64,000 nucleotides of DNA from NCBI GenBank assembly GCA_963734495.1, contig CAVTHK010000009.1:1-64000 (forward strand), given 5' to 3'. Below are positions 22,067 through 30,699 of this stretch, in pieces. The notes under the pieces were generated by a model that saw only the letters and a program-made list of their open reading frames with translations, did no database searches and was not told where the DNA came from. The stretch comes from an uncultured Spirochaetota bacterium (GTDB taxonomy: Bacteria; Spirochaetota; Spirochaetia; SZUA-6; CAVTHK01). Within the stretch, counting starts at the first letter, position 1. Every line of letters starts with the position of its first letter. The translations under genes were made by a program, and so were the position numbers.

Positions 22067-23113
22067 TCAACCTCCTTGGTAAAAACGCAGGGGGTCGAAA
22101 GCCTCCTTGTGCTTGAGGATGAAGTAGAGGGTGCGGCCGAGCTTCTGCGCGATGATCGACAGAGCCTTGGCCTTGCCGTACTTGGCGACGAGCTTGTGGT
22201 GATAGAGCTGGGCGGGCTCGTTGTTGCGCAAGAACGTCACGGCCGCCTCGGAGAAGGCCCACTTGAGGTGGACGTTGCCGATCTTTGAGTTGCGCGATCC
22301 GCTCTTCTTTCCTGAAGACTCGCGGGCGCATTTGACCAGCCGCGCGTAGGAGATGAAGTTTCCCGCCGTGGGGAAGCGGCCGATGTCCTGGATCTCGTAG
22401 AGGATCACCAGAGACAACACCTTGCCGATGCCGGGAACGCTGCGGATCAACTGCAGAGCCGCCGGATCGTGATCACGGGCTTGCTCCAGGACCGCGCCCT
22501 CGAGCTTCAGCAGCACTTTGTGGAGAGTGTCGAGGACCTCGCTGTCAGCCTCGACGCTCTTTCTCACCATCGGGTCCTGGAAATGCTCGCCGAGCTCGGC
22601 CCGATTACCACGGTAGTTGATGCGCTTCTCAAAGGCCGCCAGGTTGTACTGCGCGTTGGTGTTCTGGATGTGGGCCAGCAGCTCGCTCTGGTGGTGCATG
22701 AGGTACATGCGGCGGCGAAGCAGATCGCGGGTGGAGCGCATGGCCTGGGGGTAAGCGTAGGCGAGAGGCAGCAGGCCGCCGCGCAGCAGCCCCGCGATCT
22801 TCTGTGAGTCGATCTTGTCGTTCTTGGTCTTGCCGCCGTGAATCGCCTTCATGTACAGCGCGTGACCCAGGACGAACGGGATCGCCTGCTCGGCGCACAC
22901 GTCGGCGATCCAGTACCAGGTGAAGATGCACTCGACCGCGACCACGATGTCCTCCTTGTAGGGCCCGATCGCCTCCACGAGCTGCTGGCGGTCGGTGGGC
23001 AGGTTGCGGTGGAAGACCACCGCCCCCGAAGAATCGATGATGCAGACGTACATGGTCCTTGCGTGCAGATCGATCCCGCAATAGAATCGGTGCTGTCGGC
23101 TGTAGAAGTGCAT
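22067..23113 (-). CDS. IS110 family DEDD recombinase/transposase
   Basis: GIDLH, AVEC, KNDKID, SVPGIG, ESSGK, GNVHLKWAF. Confidence 0.95.
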   Translation of the reverse strand: MHFYSRQHRFYCGIDLHARTMYVCIIDSSGAVVFHRNLPTDRQQLVEAIGPYKEDIVVAVECIFTWYWIADVCAEQAIPFVLGHALYMKAIHGGKTKNDKIDSQKIAGLLRGGLLPLAYAYPQAMRSTRDLLRRRMYLMHHQSELLAHIQNTNAQYNLAAFEKRINYRGNRAELGEHFQDPMVRKSVEADSEVLDTLHKVLLKLEGAVLEQARDHDPAALQLIRSVPGIGKVLSLVILYEIQDIGRFPTAGNFISYARLVKCARESSGKKSGSRNSKIGNVHLKWAFSEAAVTFLRNNEPAQLYHHKLVAKYGKAKALSIIAQKLGRTLYFILKHKEAFDPLRFYQGG

Positions 23114-23195
23114 CGTGGCCTCCTCCTCAAAATCGTTTAGTTGAGCGACGGTAGGTATCCTACCGTACCTCCGAGGGGGAGGCCTTAATAAGTAT

Positions 23196-23305
23196 CAAAT
23201 CGTTGGAGTCGACGCCTTGAGGGCCGACTGGCACTGTCAGCGACGCTTGCACTAAACTGTGAGGGAGGGGAGCCGGCGGCGGCGCGACTCAACTCTATGT
23301 TATGT
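23196..23305 (+). repeat. attC1 (right part; R'' GCATAA lies at 21646-21651)
   Basis: CAAATCGTTGGAGTCG...CGACTCAACTCTATGTTATGT. Confidence 0.85.
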
Positions 23306-23411
23306 TCACCCGAGCCGCGGCGGATGGCGTTTGCGAACACGGCAGGGTAACGGCTGCCTCCGTGGGAAAAGGGACACGGGGGGCTGGCATCGAGGCCGCC
23401 GGTAGTGGACC

Positions 23412-23447
23412 TTGACACTACGTATATGGAGACGCTACATTCATACG
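23412..23447 (+). promoter_or_regulatory. TA cassette promoter/operator
   Basis: TTGACA-18-TACATT with an ACGTAT/ATACGT inverted repeat. Confidence 0.6.
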
Positions 23448-23462
23448 TGAGGAGGGTTTCCA

Positions 23463-23714
23463 GTGACCACAAAGCTCACCCTCAGTGTGGATCGGCAGGT
23501 CGTGCAGAAGGCCAAACGGTACGCTCGCAAGCAGAACAAGAGCCTGTCGCAGCTCGTAACCAACTATCTCAGGCACGTGACGGCCGAGGATTCCGAGGCG
23601 TCTGATATCGACCCGGTTGTTCTCGAAATAGCAGACGAGATACCTCTGGACCGGTTGCCTCGCCACGACGACCCAAAGTACCGCTACCTCAGGGACAAGT
23701 ACCTGCGTGCGTAG
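23463..23714 (+). CDS. RHH-type antitoxin (DUF6364-like)
   Basis: TKLTLSVD..VVQKAKRYA..SLSQLVTNYL; overlaps the PIN toxin gene. Confidence 0.85.
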   Translation: MTTKLTLSVDRQVVQKAKRYARKQNKSLSQLVTNYLRHVTAEDSEASDIDPVVLEIADEIPLDRLPRHDDPKYRYLRDKYLRA

Positions 23715-24135
23715 CGTCTTCTTGGACACCGACGTGATTCTGGATCTCTTTGTTCGCCGCGAACCGCATCATGGTATGGCACTGAAGCTGTTTTCCCGAT
23801 TGCGCAGGTCGAAGGCCAAATGCGTAACCTCCCCTGTCGTGGTAGCCAACCTGTACTACCTGCTGGCGAAGCTACGCAACAAGCCCTACGCCCTGGATCG
23901 CATCCGGCGCTTGCGTAGGCTGGTGGGGATTGCCGCCATGGATGAAACAGTGGTGGAGGCCGCTCTTGCAGCGCCCCACAAGGATTTCGAGGACAGCCTC
24001 CAATACCAGTGCGCCCTCAGGAATGACATCCCAACTCTGATTACCCGTAACGCCGGTGACTTCCCGAAGGACAGAATCACGGTTCTCAGCCCCACCGACT
24101 ACTTGGATATGGTTGCGAGGGAGAAAGACGGGTAA
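23707..24135 (+). CDS. PIN-domain (VapC-like) toxin
   Basis: VFLDTDVILD, DFEDSLQ, ITRNAGDF. Confidence 0.9.
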   Translation: MRSVFLDTDVILDLFVRREPHHGMALKLFSRLRRSKAKCVTSPVVVANLYYLLAKLRNKPYALDRIRRLRRLVGIAAMDETVVEAALAAPHKDFEDSLQYQCALRNDIPTLITRNAGDFPKDRITVLSPTDYLDMVAREKDG

Positions 24136-24252
24136 ACATAAGTATCAAATCGTTAGAGTAGATGCCTGGAGCGCCATCTTCCACGGTCGGCATCGCCGTG
24201 ATAGACTGTGGGCCCGGTAACGGGGGCGGCGCAGCTCAACTCTATGTTGGGC
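24136..24252 (+). repeat. attC2 with a 4-bp GTAT insertion in R''
   Basis: ACATAA-gtat-CAAATCGTT...CAGCTCAACTCTATGTTGGGC. Confidence 0.85.
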
Positions 24253-24391
24253 AGCCTTTGAAATGCCTGCTATGTCGCTGTCATAGGGAAAGCGCGCGCA
24301 CCAATCCCACAACTGCCACGCGTGACGCGTCTGGGCTCCAACGGTGACGCCACACTTGACGGGGATACACGCCATGTACTACACTAGTGTC

Positions 24392-24619
24392 GTGACCAAG
24401 AAGCTTATCCGCCATGGCAACAGCGCAGCCCTCGTTCTCGACAAGGCCCTGCTGGACCTGCTCAAGGTGCAAATCGACACGCCCCTTGAAGTGACTACCG
24501 ACGGGCGCAACATCATCATTTCGCCTCAGGTTAACGAGAAAGCCGAGGCAACCCTTCTGGAGGCTCTCGAGCGTATCAACCAGAGGCACGGATCCGTACT
24601 GGCGAAGCTCGCCAAATAG
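24392..24619 (+). CDS. AbrB/MazE/SpoVT antitoxin (probably leaderless)
   Basis: KKLIRHGNSAALVLDK; TTGACG(24356)-18-TACACT(24380) lies 6 nt before the GTG. Confidence 0.85.
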   Translation: MTKKLIRHGNSAALVLDKALLDLLKVQIDTPLEVTTDGRNIIISPQVNEKAEATLLEALERINQRHGSVLAKLAK

Positions 24620-24620
24620 G

Positions 24621-25022
24621 GTGAGCCGTCGGTTTCTGACAATGGGGGAGGTTCTGCTCGTGCTCCAGGACCAGATCCGCAGGTATGGAGGTACCTACGG
24701 GGTGCGAGACCCGCAGTTGCTGAGCTCCGCATTGGCAATGCCTGCCGCGTCGTTTCAGGGCAAGTACCTCCATAGCGACTTGTACGAGCAGGCTGCCGCC
24801 TACGCATTCCACATATGCCAGAACCACCCGTTCGTGGACGGAAACAAAAGGACCGCGCTGGCATCTGCCCTGGTGTTTCTGTCGCTCAACGGAGTCGACT
24901 TCAACGACCCCAACGAAGACCTTTACAGGCTCATGCTGAAAACAGCTGCCGGCAAGTCAGGCAAGTCCGAGATCTCCGCGGTGTTTCGACGCTTGGCTGC
25001 TTCCAGGCGTGGGAGGAAATGA
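24621..25022 (+). CDS. doc: Doc/Fic family toxin
   Basis: GVRD..LLSSAL, HPFVDGNKRTA. Confidence 0.9.
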   Translation: MSRRFLTMGEVLLVLQDQIRRYGGTYGVRDPQLLSSALAMPAASFQGKYLHSDLYEQAAAYAFHICQNHPFVDGNKRTALASALVFLSLNGVDFNDPNEDLYRLMLKTAAGKSGKSEISAVFRRLAASRRGRK

Positions 25023-25058
25023 CGGGCATCCGACGACGCCGCGTGACAACGGAGGTCT

Positions 25059-25172
25059 GCCCAACAAATCGTTGTCGCTGACGCCTTAACCTCCGACTGG
25101 CACGGGTGGCGAGGCTGGTATAGACTATGGGCTGGGGAGCTTGCGGCGGCGCAGCTCAACTCTATGTTAGGC
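25059..25172 (+). repeat. attC3
   Basis: GCCCAAC-AAATCGTT...CAGCTCAACTCTAT-GTTAGGC. Confidence 0.9.
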
Positions 25173-25460
25173 TGTCCCAGGTCCGTGGCAACCGCGGATG
25201 ACCGCCGGGCATCGGCGTTGCCAACGGCAGTCGGGCTCGTTCCGCAGATTCGCTTGCGGGCGCGACCTCGGTGGCATCGCGACAGGAACGGAGATTCGTA
25301 GGCGATCGGATCAGGTTCCGATCTGGAGATTCGCCTCCCTTACTCCATCCGCTGAGTCCACGGGTGCACGGCTCTGTCACAGTTGTCAGTGCGAAGCACC
25401 CGCCGCTCATTTGACAGAGCCGCCCGGTGTGATGTATTATCATACTATCAGAGGTGCTCT

Positions 25461-25703
25461 ATGCCCAAGTCCAAGATCGCCGTCACCCTCGATCGCAGCA
25501 TTGTCGGAGAGGTTGATAGGCTCGTCAAGCAGCGCGCCTACCCCAACCGTAGCCAGGCTATTGAGGATGCGCTGCGAGAAAAGCTGCTGCGGCTCAAGAG
25601 GAGCCGCTTGGCCAAAGAGGCAGCCAAGCTCGACCCCGCTTTTGAACGCTCGTTGGCCGAACAGGGGCTTTCTCAGGATGCGTCCGAATGGCCCGAATAC
25701 TGA
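25461..25703 (+). CDS. CopG/RHH antitoxin
   Basis: KIAVTLD..EVD..YPNRSQAIEDAL; upstream TTGACA(25411)-18-TATTAT and GAGG RBS. Confidence 0.85.
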   Translation: MPKSKIAVTLDRSIVGEVDRLVKQRAYPNRSQAIEDALREKLLRLKRSRLAKEAAKLDPAFERSLAEQGLSQDASEWPEY

Positions 25704-26026
25704 GGGGTGAGATTCGCTGGGCGGACTTGAACCCCACCCGAGGACATGAACAGGCTGGCACCCGGCCGGTCCTCATCCTGAGCCACGACGTGTTCAACGA
25801 ACGGTCAGGAACGGTCATAGCGATGGCCATGACGAGCCAACCGCAGCGGGCTGGCTTTCCGCTGACTCTTGAGCTCAAGGCTGCCGGGCTACCGAAGAGA
25901 TCCTGGATCAAGATCAGTCAGATTCGCACACTGTCGGCCGAAAGAATAGGCGACAGGATCGGTCGGGCCTCGGCGGAGGAACTCGACCAAGCGATCGAGG
26001 GCCTGAACGAGATCGTCGGAACATAA
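25688..26026 (+). CDS. mazF: PemK/MazF endoribonuclease toxin
   Basis: RGEIRWADLNPTRGHEQAGTRPVLILS, QIRTLS. Confidence 0.92.
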   Translation: MARILRGEIRWADLNPTRGHEQAGTRPVLILSHDVFNERSGTVIAMAMTSQPQRAGFPLTLELKAAGLPKRSWIKISQIRTLSAERIGDRIGRASAEELDQAIEGLNEIVGT

Positions 26027-26134
26027 CAAATCGTTTGAGCTGACGCCTCAAATCTCGCATGGAACGGTCGCCTTAGCTGGTGTACACTGTGGCCTCGGGA
26101 GATTTCGGCGGCGCAGCTCAACTTTATGTTATAC
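26021..26134 (+). repeat. attC4
   Basis: ACATAAC-AAATCGTTTGAGCTG...CAGCTCAACTTTAT-GTTATAC. Confidence 0.9.
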
Positions 26135-26552
26135 GGTTACGCTGCCCCGAGAACTGGCCGGGCGTTGGAGTTCGCGGGGTTCACAGCGATGTACGCGATT
26201 GTCCGCTTCAGGCACCCCCAAAATCTCGGCCAGGGAACGGTGGCCGTCAAGAAACTTGCGCTCACCGACGTCCTGTGCTTGGGCGGCGCGGCGGCTCCGC
26301 CCCACGGAGAGTCGCGAGTGACCATCGGCTGGCTGAGGGCGGGAGCGGAGCCGGGCAGTGCAGCTGACCGAGCGGCCGACACGCTCTCGGTGACGCCCAA
26401 AGACTCGTGGCGGAAGGAGGGGCTGGCGTGTGGTTGGCCAGCAGGCCGGACTTCGATAAGGGCGCGATGGGGCGTAACGGGCGCTGCGCGAGGCCTGATC
26501 TCGACGACCCCCTGGCTCTGGGGATAGGAGACTGATGTGCGGTCACATGGAC

Positions 26553-26663
26553 GCATAACAAATCGTTTGAGTAGACTAAAGTCGAGACTTGCACGGTCGA
26601 TTGAGCACGTATAGACTGTGGACCTGGGAGCTGGCGGCGGCACTACTCAACTCTATGTTAGGT
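26553..26663 (+). repeat. attC5
   Basis: GCATAAC-AAATCGTTTGAGTAG...CTACTCAACTCTAT-GTTAGGT. Confidence 0.9.
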
Positions 26664-26829
26664 AGTGATTGGGCCAAGGTGGGGCAGCGCTGCTGCGTAA
26701 GTGAGGAGCTGTTGGCATCGTGGACACGGGCGCGTTGATTGTTGGTCCCAGCCCCCGGCCAGGCCGCAGAGTGGCGGAAACGGCCCCACGCCGAGTTGTG
26801 AGAACGCTATTGCCTTGACGCGGCAAGGG

Positions 26830-26849
26830 GTATATACTGTCATATATAC
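26830..26849. promoter_or_regulatory. vapBC operator-like inverted repeat
   Basis: GTATATA-N6-TATATAC upstream of vapB; TTGACG at 26815. Confidence 0.6.
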
Positions 26850-26867
26850 TCCGTAGCGAGGTGTGTT

Positions 26868-27101
26868 ATGGACACTGCCAAGCTGTTCAAGAACGGCAGT
26901 AGCCAAGCGGTTCGGCTGCCAAGACAATACGCGATGGCGGGTGACGAGGTCTACGTCAAAAAGGTCAACGGGATCGTCATGCTCATCCCTAAGGACGCCG
27001 ACCCTTGGCAACCGTTTGTCGACAGCCTCACCAAGTTCTCCGGCGATTTCATGGACGAACGTGACCAAGGTGCCTTGGAACAGCGCACCAGTCTGGGGTG
27101 A
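26868..27101 (+). CDS. vapB: VapB antitoxin (AbrB fold)
   Basis: TAKLFKNGSSQAVRLP. Confidence 0.92.
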   Translation: MDTAKLFKNGSSQAVRLPRQYAMAGDEVYVKKVNGIVMLIPKDADPWQPFVDSLTKFSGDFMDERDQGALEQRTSLG

Positions 27102-27502
27102 AGTACCTTCTCGATACCAACATCTGCATCTGCATCATCAAGCGGCAGCCCTCGACTGCCATAGGCCGGATCCGCTCGACGGCACGGGACGATGTTGGTG
27201 TCTCAACGATTACGCTTGCCGAGCTTGAGTACGGGGCGGCGAAAAGCCTCTATCCCGACCGCAATAGACTCGCCCTTCTCGAATTCCTCGTTTCCTTCAA
27301 CATCCTCGACTTCGACCAAGCGGCGTCGAGCCACTACGGTTTGATCCGAGCTGCCCTTGAAGCAAAGGGCAAGCCCATCGGCGCTATGGACATGCTGATC
27401 GCGGCGCAGGCAAGATCAAAAGGCTTGGTGCTGGTCACGAACAACGTGCGCGAGTTCAGACGCGTTGACGGTCTACAGGTCAAGAACTGGGTGGCAGGAT
27501 GA
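27098..27502 (+). CDS. vapC: VapC PIN toxin
   Basis: YLLDTNICI, ELEYG, PIGAMDMLIAAQA, LVTNNVREF. Confidence 0.93.
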   Translation: MKYLLDTNICICIIKRQPSTAIGRIRSTARDDVGVSTITLAELEYGAAKSLYPDRNRLALLEFLVSFNILDFDQAASSHYGLIRAALEAKGKPIGAMDMLIAAQARSKGLVLVTNNVREFRRVDGLQVKNWVAG

Positions 27503-27542
27503 CCACGACCCTCTCAGGAGTTCTTGTCTACAGGCCGGCACT

Positions 27543-27568
27543 ACCTAACGAATTGTTGGAGTAGACGC
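27543..27568 (+). repeat. Truncated attC6 (left arm only)
   Basis: ACCTAAC-GAATTGTTGGAGTAGACGC, with no matching right arm. Confidence 0.6.
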
Positions 27569-27650
27569 TACTGCTACCCGCTCACCGTGATGAACGCCTA
27601 CAGCCGCTACGTGGTGGCAGTGGTGGGGATGCACCGACCTAAACTACCGG
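27566..27650 (+). pseudogene. Fragment of an IS481-like (rve core) transposase
   Basis: RYCYPLTVMNAYSRYVVAV resembles the conserved xYPLTxxDxxSRY segment of rve transposases. Confidence 0.5.
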
Positions 27651-28114
27651 CGGCTGCTGAGCGTCCCGGGGGTCAGGAAGTGCTGGAGTGCCTCCTCCTG
27701 ACCGATATATGCACCTGCCTCCTCGTAGTGGGGCGGGAGAGAGGAAGCACCACGTAACAAGTCGCCGGATCTGGAGCCTCAAACCCCGACCGGCAGCGCC
27801 TATCGCCGGCGCTCATCGCTGCCTTCCAGGAGGTCGAGCGGGATGTCGTTCTGGCGCCGACCTGCGGGGGGACGGGATTGCCTCTTCCATGACCTCATCT
27901 GCCCCGCCAAGCCATTCCTAACAGGTGTTATTTTTGGGGCTACGCTCACTCCGCCCGGTTGTCCGTGTCCGCATTCGGGTCTTGACTCCACGGCTGGCAG
28001 CGCTACACTTGATGGCGGCGAGGCACGGTGGGGTTGAGGGCAGCCCCTGATGGCGCTCGGCGCCTGAGCGTTCGAGGTCGAGCGCGCGGGCGATGTAACA
28101 AAGAGGGTTCGCCT

Positions 28115-29662
28115 GTGAAGCAGGTGGCGATCGGTGTCGCCATCCTCGTATTCGTCGTCCTCACCGCGTTCGCTTACAAGAACCATGTGGCCGCAGTCGA
28201 GGCCGCAGCGCGAATTGCGGATCTCGAGAAATCCCAGGCAGAGCAGCTCGCATCGGTCAAATCCGAGGTGGCCGCGCTCTCGAAGAGCATCGATCGTGTC
28301 GCCGCTTCCATTGCCAACGCCGTGGCCGCGAGCCGCGACGCCTCGCTGCGCGGCCTCGACGGGGTCGAAGGCAGAGTGCAGCGATCTCTCGCGGCGGTGC
28401 AGGGCCGGCTGGCGGAGGTCTCGGATGAGCAGGTGAGGCTGAGCGGGCGGCTTGAAGCCGAACTGGCCGCCGATCAGCCGCCCGCCTTGCCGCAGGCCGC
28501 ACCGATGGCGCCGGCCGCGACCGAGCCCGAAGCCACGCCGCCGGCACCGCAGGCCCGCAGCCTGGAGGCTGCGGCTTCTCTTCTGGTCTCCGCGCCGACT
28601 GCCGAACCAGCGATACCGCGGCCGCCGCAGCGCGCATCTCCGGCCCTGGACCTTCCGATGCAGCGCGCGATGCAGCAGGGGACCGCCTTCTACGAGACGG
28701 GCCGCTACGCGGACGCGCGGGAGCGCTTTGCCGCCGTGCTCGAGAAGCAACCGGAGAACGACGAGGCGCGGCGGATGCACGCCTTCAGTCTCTATCTCGA
28801 GAACCCGGCCGACTCAAGCTCCTACGGCCGGATCGAGGCCGATTTGCAGGCCTTTGCGCGCGGGGGCGATGCCGACCCGGAGGCACTGCGCGTGCTCGGC
28901 CTCGTGGCCATGGAGCAGGCCCGATGGAGCGAGGCCCGCGACCGCTTTGCGCAGGCGATCGCCCTCGAGCCTGGCAACCCGAAGGACGCGAAAAACGCCG
29001 GCCTTTGCTCGCTGCGCCTCGGCGATGCGACCGCGGCCAGGCGCGCTCTCGACGCAGCGTGCGCGCTCGCTCCTGCCGACGCCGAATCGTGGCACTACGC
29101 GGGAATGGCCTGCCTGGAATCGGGCGACAAGGACGCAGCGCTTGCGCGCTTCAGACGCTGCCTCGAGATTGAGGGCGGCTTTGTCGCCGCGCGTGTTCGG
29201 GCGGGGACGCTCCTGGCCGAGCTCGGCCGCACCAGCGATGCGCTGGAGACGCTCGCGCCTGTCCGCCGCCTCGCGGACGCTGCCGCCGCGATCGGCGACT
29301 GCCACGAGCAGCTCGGCGACGCCGGGTCCGCGCGGAGCGCGTGGCTGGAGGCGATCGGCCTGATTCGCGAGAACAGCGCCGCGGACAGGCGGCGTGTCGC
29401 TTCTCTGTACGCCAAACTGGCCGGCTCGGCGCTGAAAAGCGGCGCGCCCGCCCTCTGCATTGATTACTGCAGACAAGGCCTTGCGCGCGACGCAGAGGCT
29501 GCGATGCTTCGCGCGCTGCTCGGCGCGGGGCAGGTTGCGTTGGGGGAGGTGGACGAGGGAAGAAGGCTGCTGCAGGAAATCGCAGACGCTTACCCCGGCA
29601 GCGATGCCGGGACGCTGGCGGCCGCGTCTCTCGCGGGCGCCAGCTCGATCGGGAGGCCGTAG
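28115..29662 (+). CDS. Membrane-anchored coiled-coil/TPR repeat protein
   Basis: N-terminal TM, coiled coil, Pro-rich linker, many TPR-like helices; upstream TTGACT(27982)-16-TACACT. Confidence 0.8.
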   Translation: MKQVAIGVAILVFVVLTAFAYKNHVAAVEAAARIADLEKSQAEQLASVKSEVAALSKSIDRVAASIANAVAASRDASLRGLDGVEGRVQRSLAAVQGRLAEVSDEQVRLSGRLEAELAADQPPALPQAAPMAPAATEPEATPPAPQARSLEAAASLLVSAPTAEPAIPRPPQRASPALDLPMQRAMQQGTAFYETGRYADARERFAAVLEKQPENDEARRMHAFSLYLENPADSSSYGRIEADLQAFARGGDADPEALRVLGLVAMEQARWSEARDRFAQAIALEPGNPKDAKNAGLCSLRLGDATAARRALDAACALAPADAESWHYAGMACLESGDKDAALARFRRCLEIEGGFVAARVRAGTLLAELGRTSDALETLAPVRRLADAAAAIGDCHEQLGDAGSARSAWLEAIGLIRENSAADRRRVASLYAKLAGSALKSGAPALCIDYCRQGLARDAEAAMLRALLGAGQVALGEVDEGRRLLQEIADAYPGSDAGTLAAASLAGASSIGRP

Positions 29663-30699
29663 TGCGCTTCCGAGAGATGGCCGCGGGAGCCGTGCTTGTT
29701 GCGGCCGCGGTGTCCCTGCACGCCATCGACGTCGTGCTCGCGCCGCTTGCGCTGCAGCACGAAGGAGCGAAGCCCGCGACGCCTGTCGCCCCGCGTCCCG
29801 AAGCGGACCTGCTGCGCGCGCTCGCCGCCCAGCAGCGCGGCGAGCGGGCGCTGGTGCGCCGGGCGAACGCCGCGGGCGACGCGCCGCGGTCGCTGCTGGA
29901 TGCCGCGCGGCTGTGCGAGGCGCACGGCTACGGGTATCTGCTCTACGGCTGGGTGCGGCGAACGGACTACGCGTACCACGCCGAGGTCAAGCTCTTTGAC
30001 AGCGAAGGCGGCGAAGTCGTGGCCGTCTTTTTCGGCAGCGACGACGAGCGCCACTACGAACGGCTCATCAAGGACGTGGCGACCAAGATCATCGCCTACT
30101 TCGGGGACGAAGTCGGCCTCTTGCCGCAGCGCGAAACCCCACGCGACAGAAACCTGCTGACCCTTCCGTGCGCCCTCGGCGCCTGGACCCCGATCGCGGG
30201 CGACTGGAGCAGGGTGACTACCGGGCTCGCCGCGGTAGCGGCAGGCGTGCGCTTCGCGCCGGTGAGGCCGCTGTTCGCGCTGGGCAGGCGCCAGGGCTAT
30301 ACAGCATTCGGCCTGGATGTGGAGTACGCCCTCGGTATGAACGACCCCGGGTACGAGAGCTTCTTCCTCCACATGGCGAGAGTGAGGCTCACGGTCGAAG
30401 CGGACGTCGAGCTCGGGGCCCGGCACTCCATCGGCCTCGGCCTGGGACCGCTGCTCGCGATCGACACGATGGCGCAGGACCGGCTCTACGACAGGCTCGT
30501 AGTCGAGACGACCGTTGCGGCGGGAGCTTCGTTCTCCATCTTCTATCGGTACGCGCTCTCGCAGAGAGCCGCGCTGGGGTTCACGAACGTCATCGACATC
30601 GCAGCTTACACGAACCCGCTGGTGATCTATTCGCCGCGGCTCTTCGTCGAGCTCGCGCTCCGCTCAGGCCGCGGCCGCGCGGCGGGAGGCGCCGAATGA
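29662..30699 (+). CDS. Exported protein with probable C-terminal outer-membrane beta-barrel
   Basis: Signal peptide; C-terminal half has alternating aromatic/hydrophobic strands (FGLDVEY, SFSIFYRY, YSPRLFVEL). Confidence 0.55.
   Translation: MRFREMAAGAVLVAAAVSLHAIDVVLAPLALQHEGAKPATPVAPRPEADLLRALAAQQRGERALVRRANAAGDAPRSLLDAARLCEAHGYGYLLYGWVRRTDYAYHAEVKLFDSEGGEVVAVFFGSDDERHYERLIKDVATKIIAYFGDEVGLLPQRETPRDRNLLTLPCALGAWTPIAGDWSRVTTGLAAVAAGVRFAPVRPLFALGRRQGYTAFGLDVEYALGMNDPGYESFFLHMARVRLTVEADVELGARHSIGLGLGPLLAIDTMAQDRLYDRLVVETTVAAGASFSIFYRYALSQRAALGFTNVIDIAAYTNPLVIYSPRLFVELALRSGRGRAAGGAE

Larger units (their letters stand above)
21652..23195 (-). mobile_element. IS110-family (IS1111-type) insertion sequence inserted in attC1
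   Basis: Sub-terminal inverted repeats 21657-21669 and 23176-23188 (11/13 match); CA core at both junctions; removing the element restores GCATAAC-AAATCGTT. Confidence 0.88.
21646..27568 (+). mobile_element. Integron cassette array with no integrase in the window (CALIN-like)
   Basis: Five related 111-117 bp attC sites (RYYYAAC-AAATCGTT...CAACTYTAT-GTTRRRY) plus one truncated site, separating lower-GC cassettes. Confidence 0.9.

Noticed and set aside
23229-23250. TGGCAC...TTGC in attC1 as a sigma54 promoter
   Set aside because: The spacing is much longer than the TGGCAC-N5-TTGC consensus and TTGC is not kept in the other attC sites.
23196-26663. Repeated ~115-bp elements read as a CRISPR array
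   Set aside because: They are imperfect, separated by whole genes, and have RYYYAAC/GTTRRRY ends; they are attC sites, and no cas genes are present.
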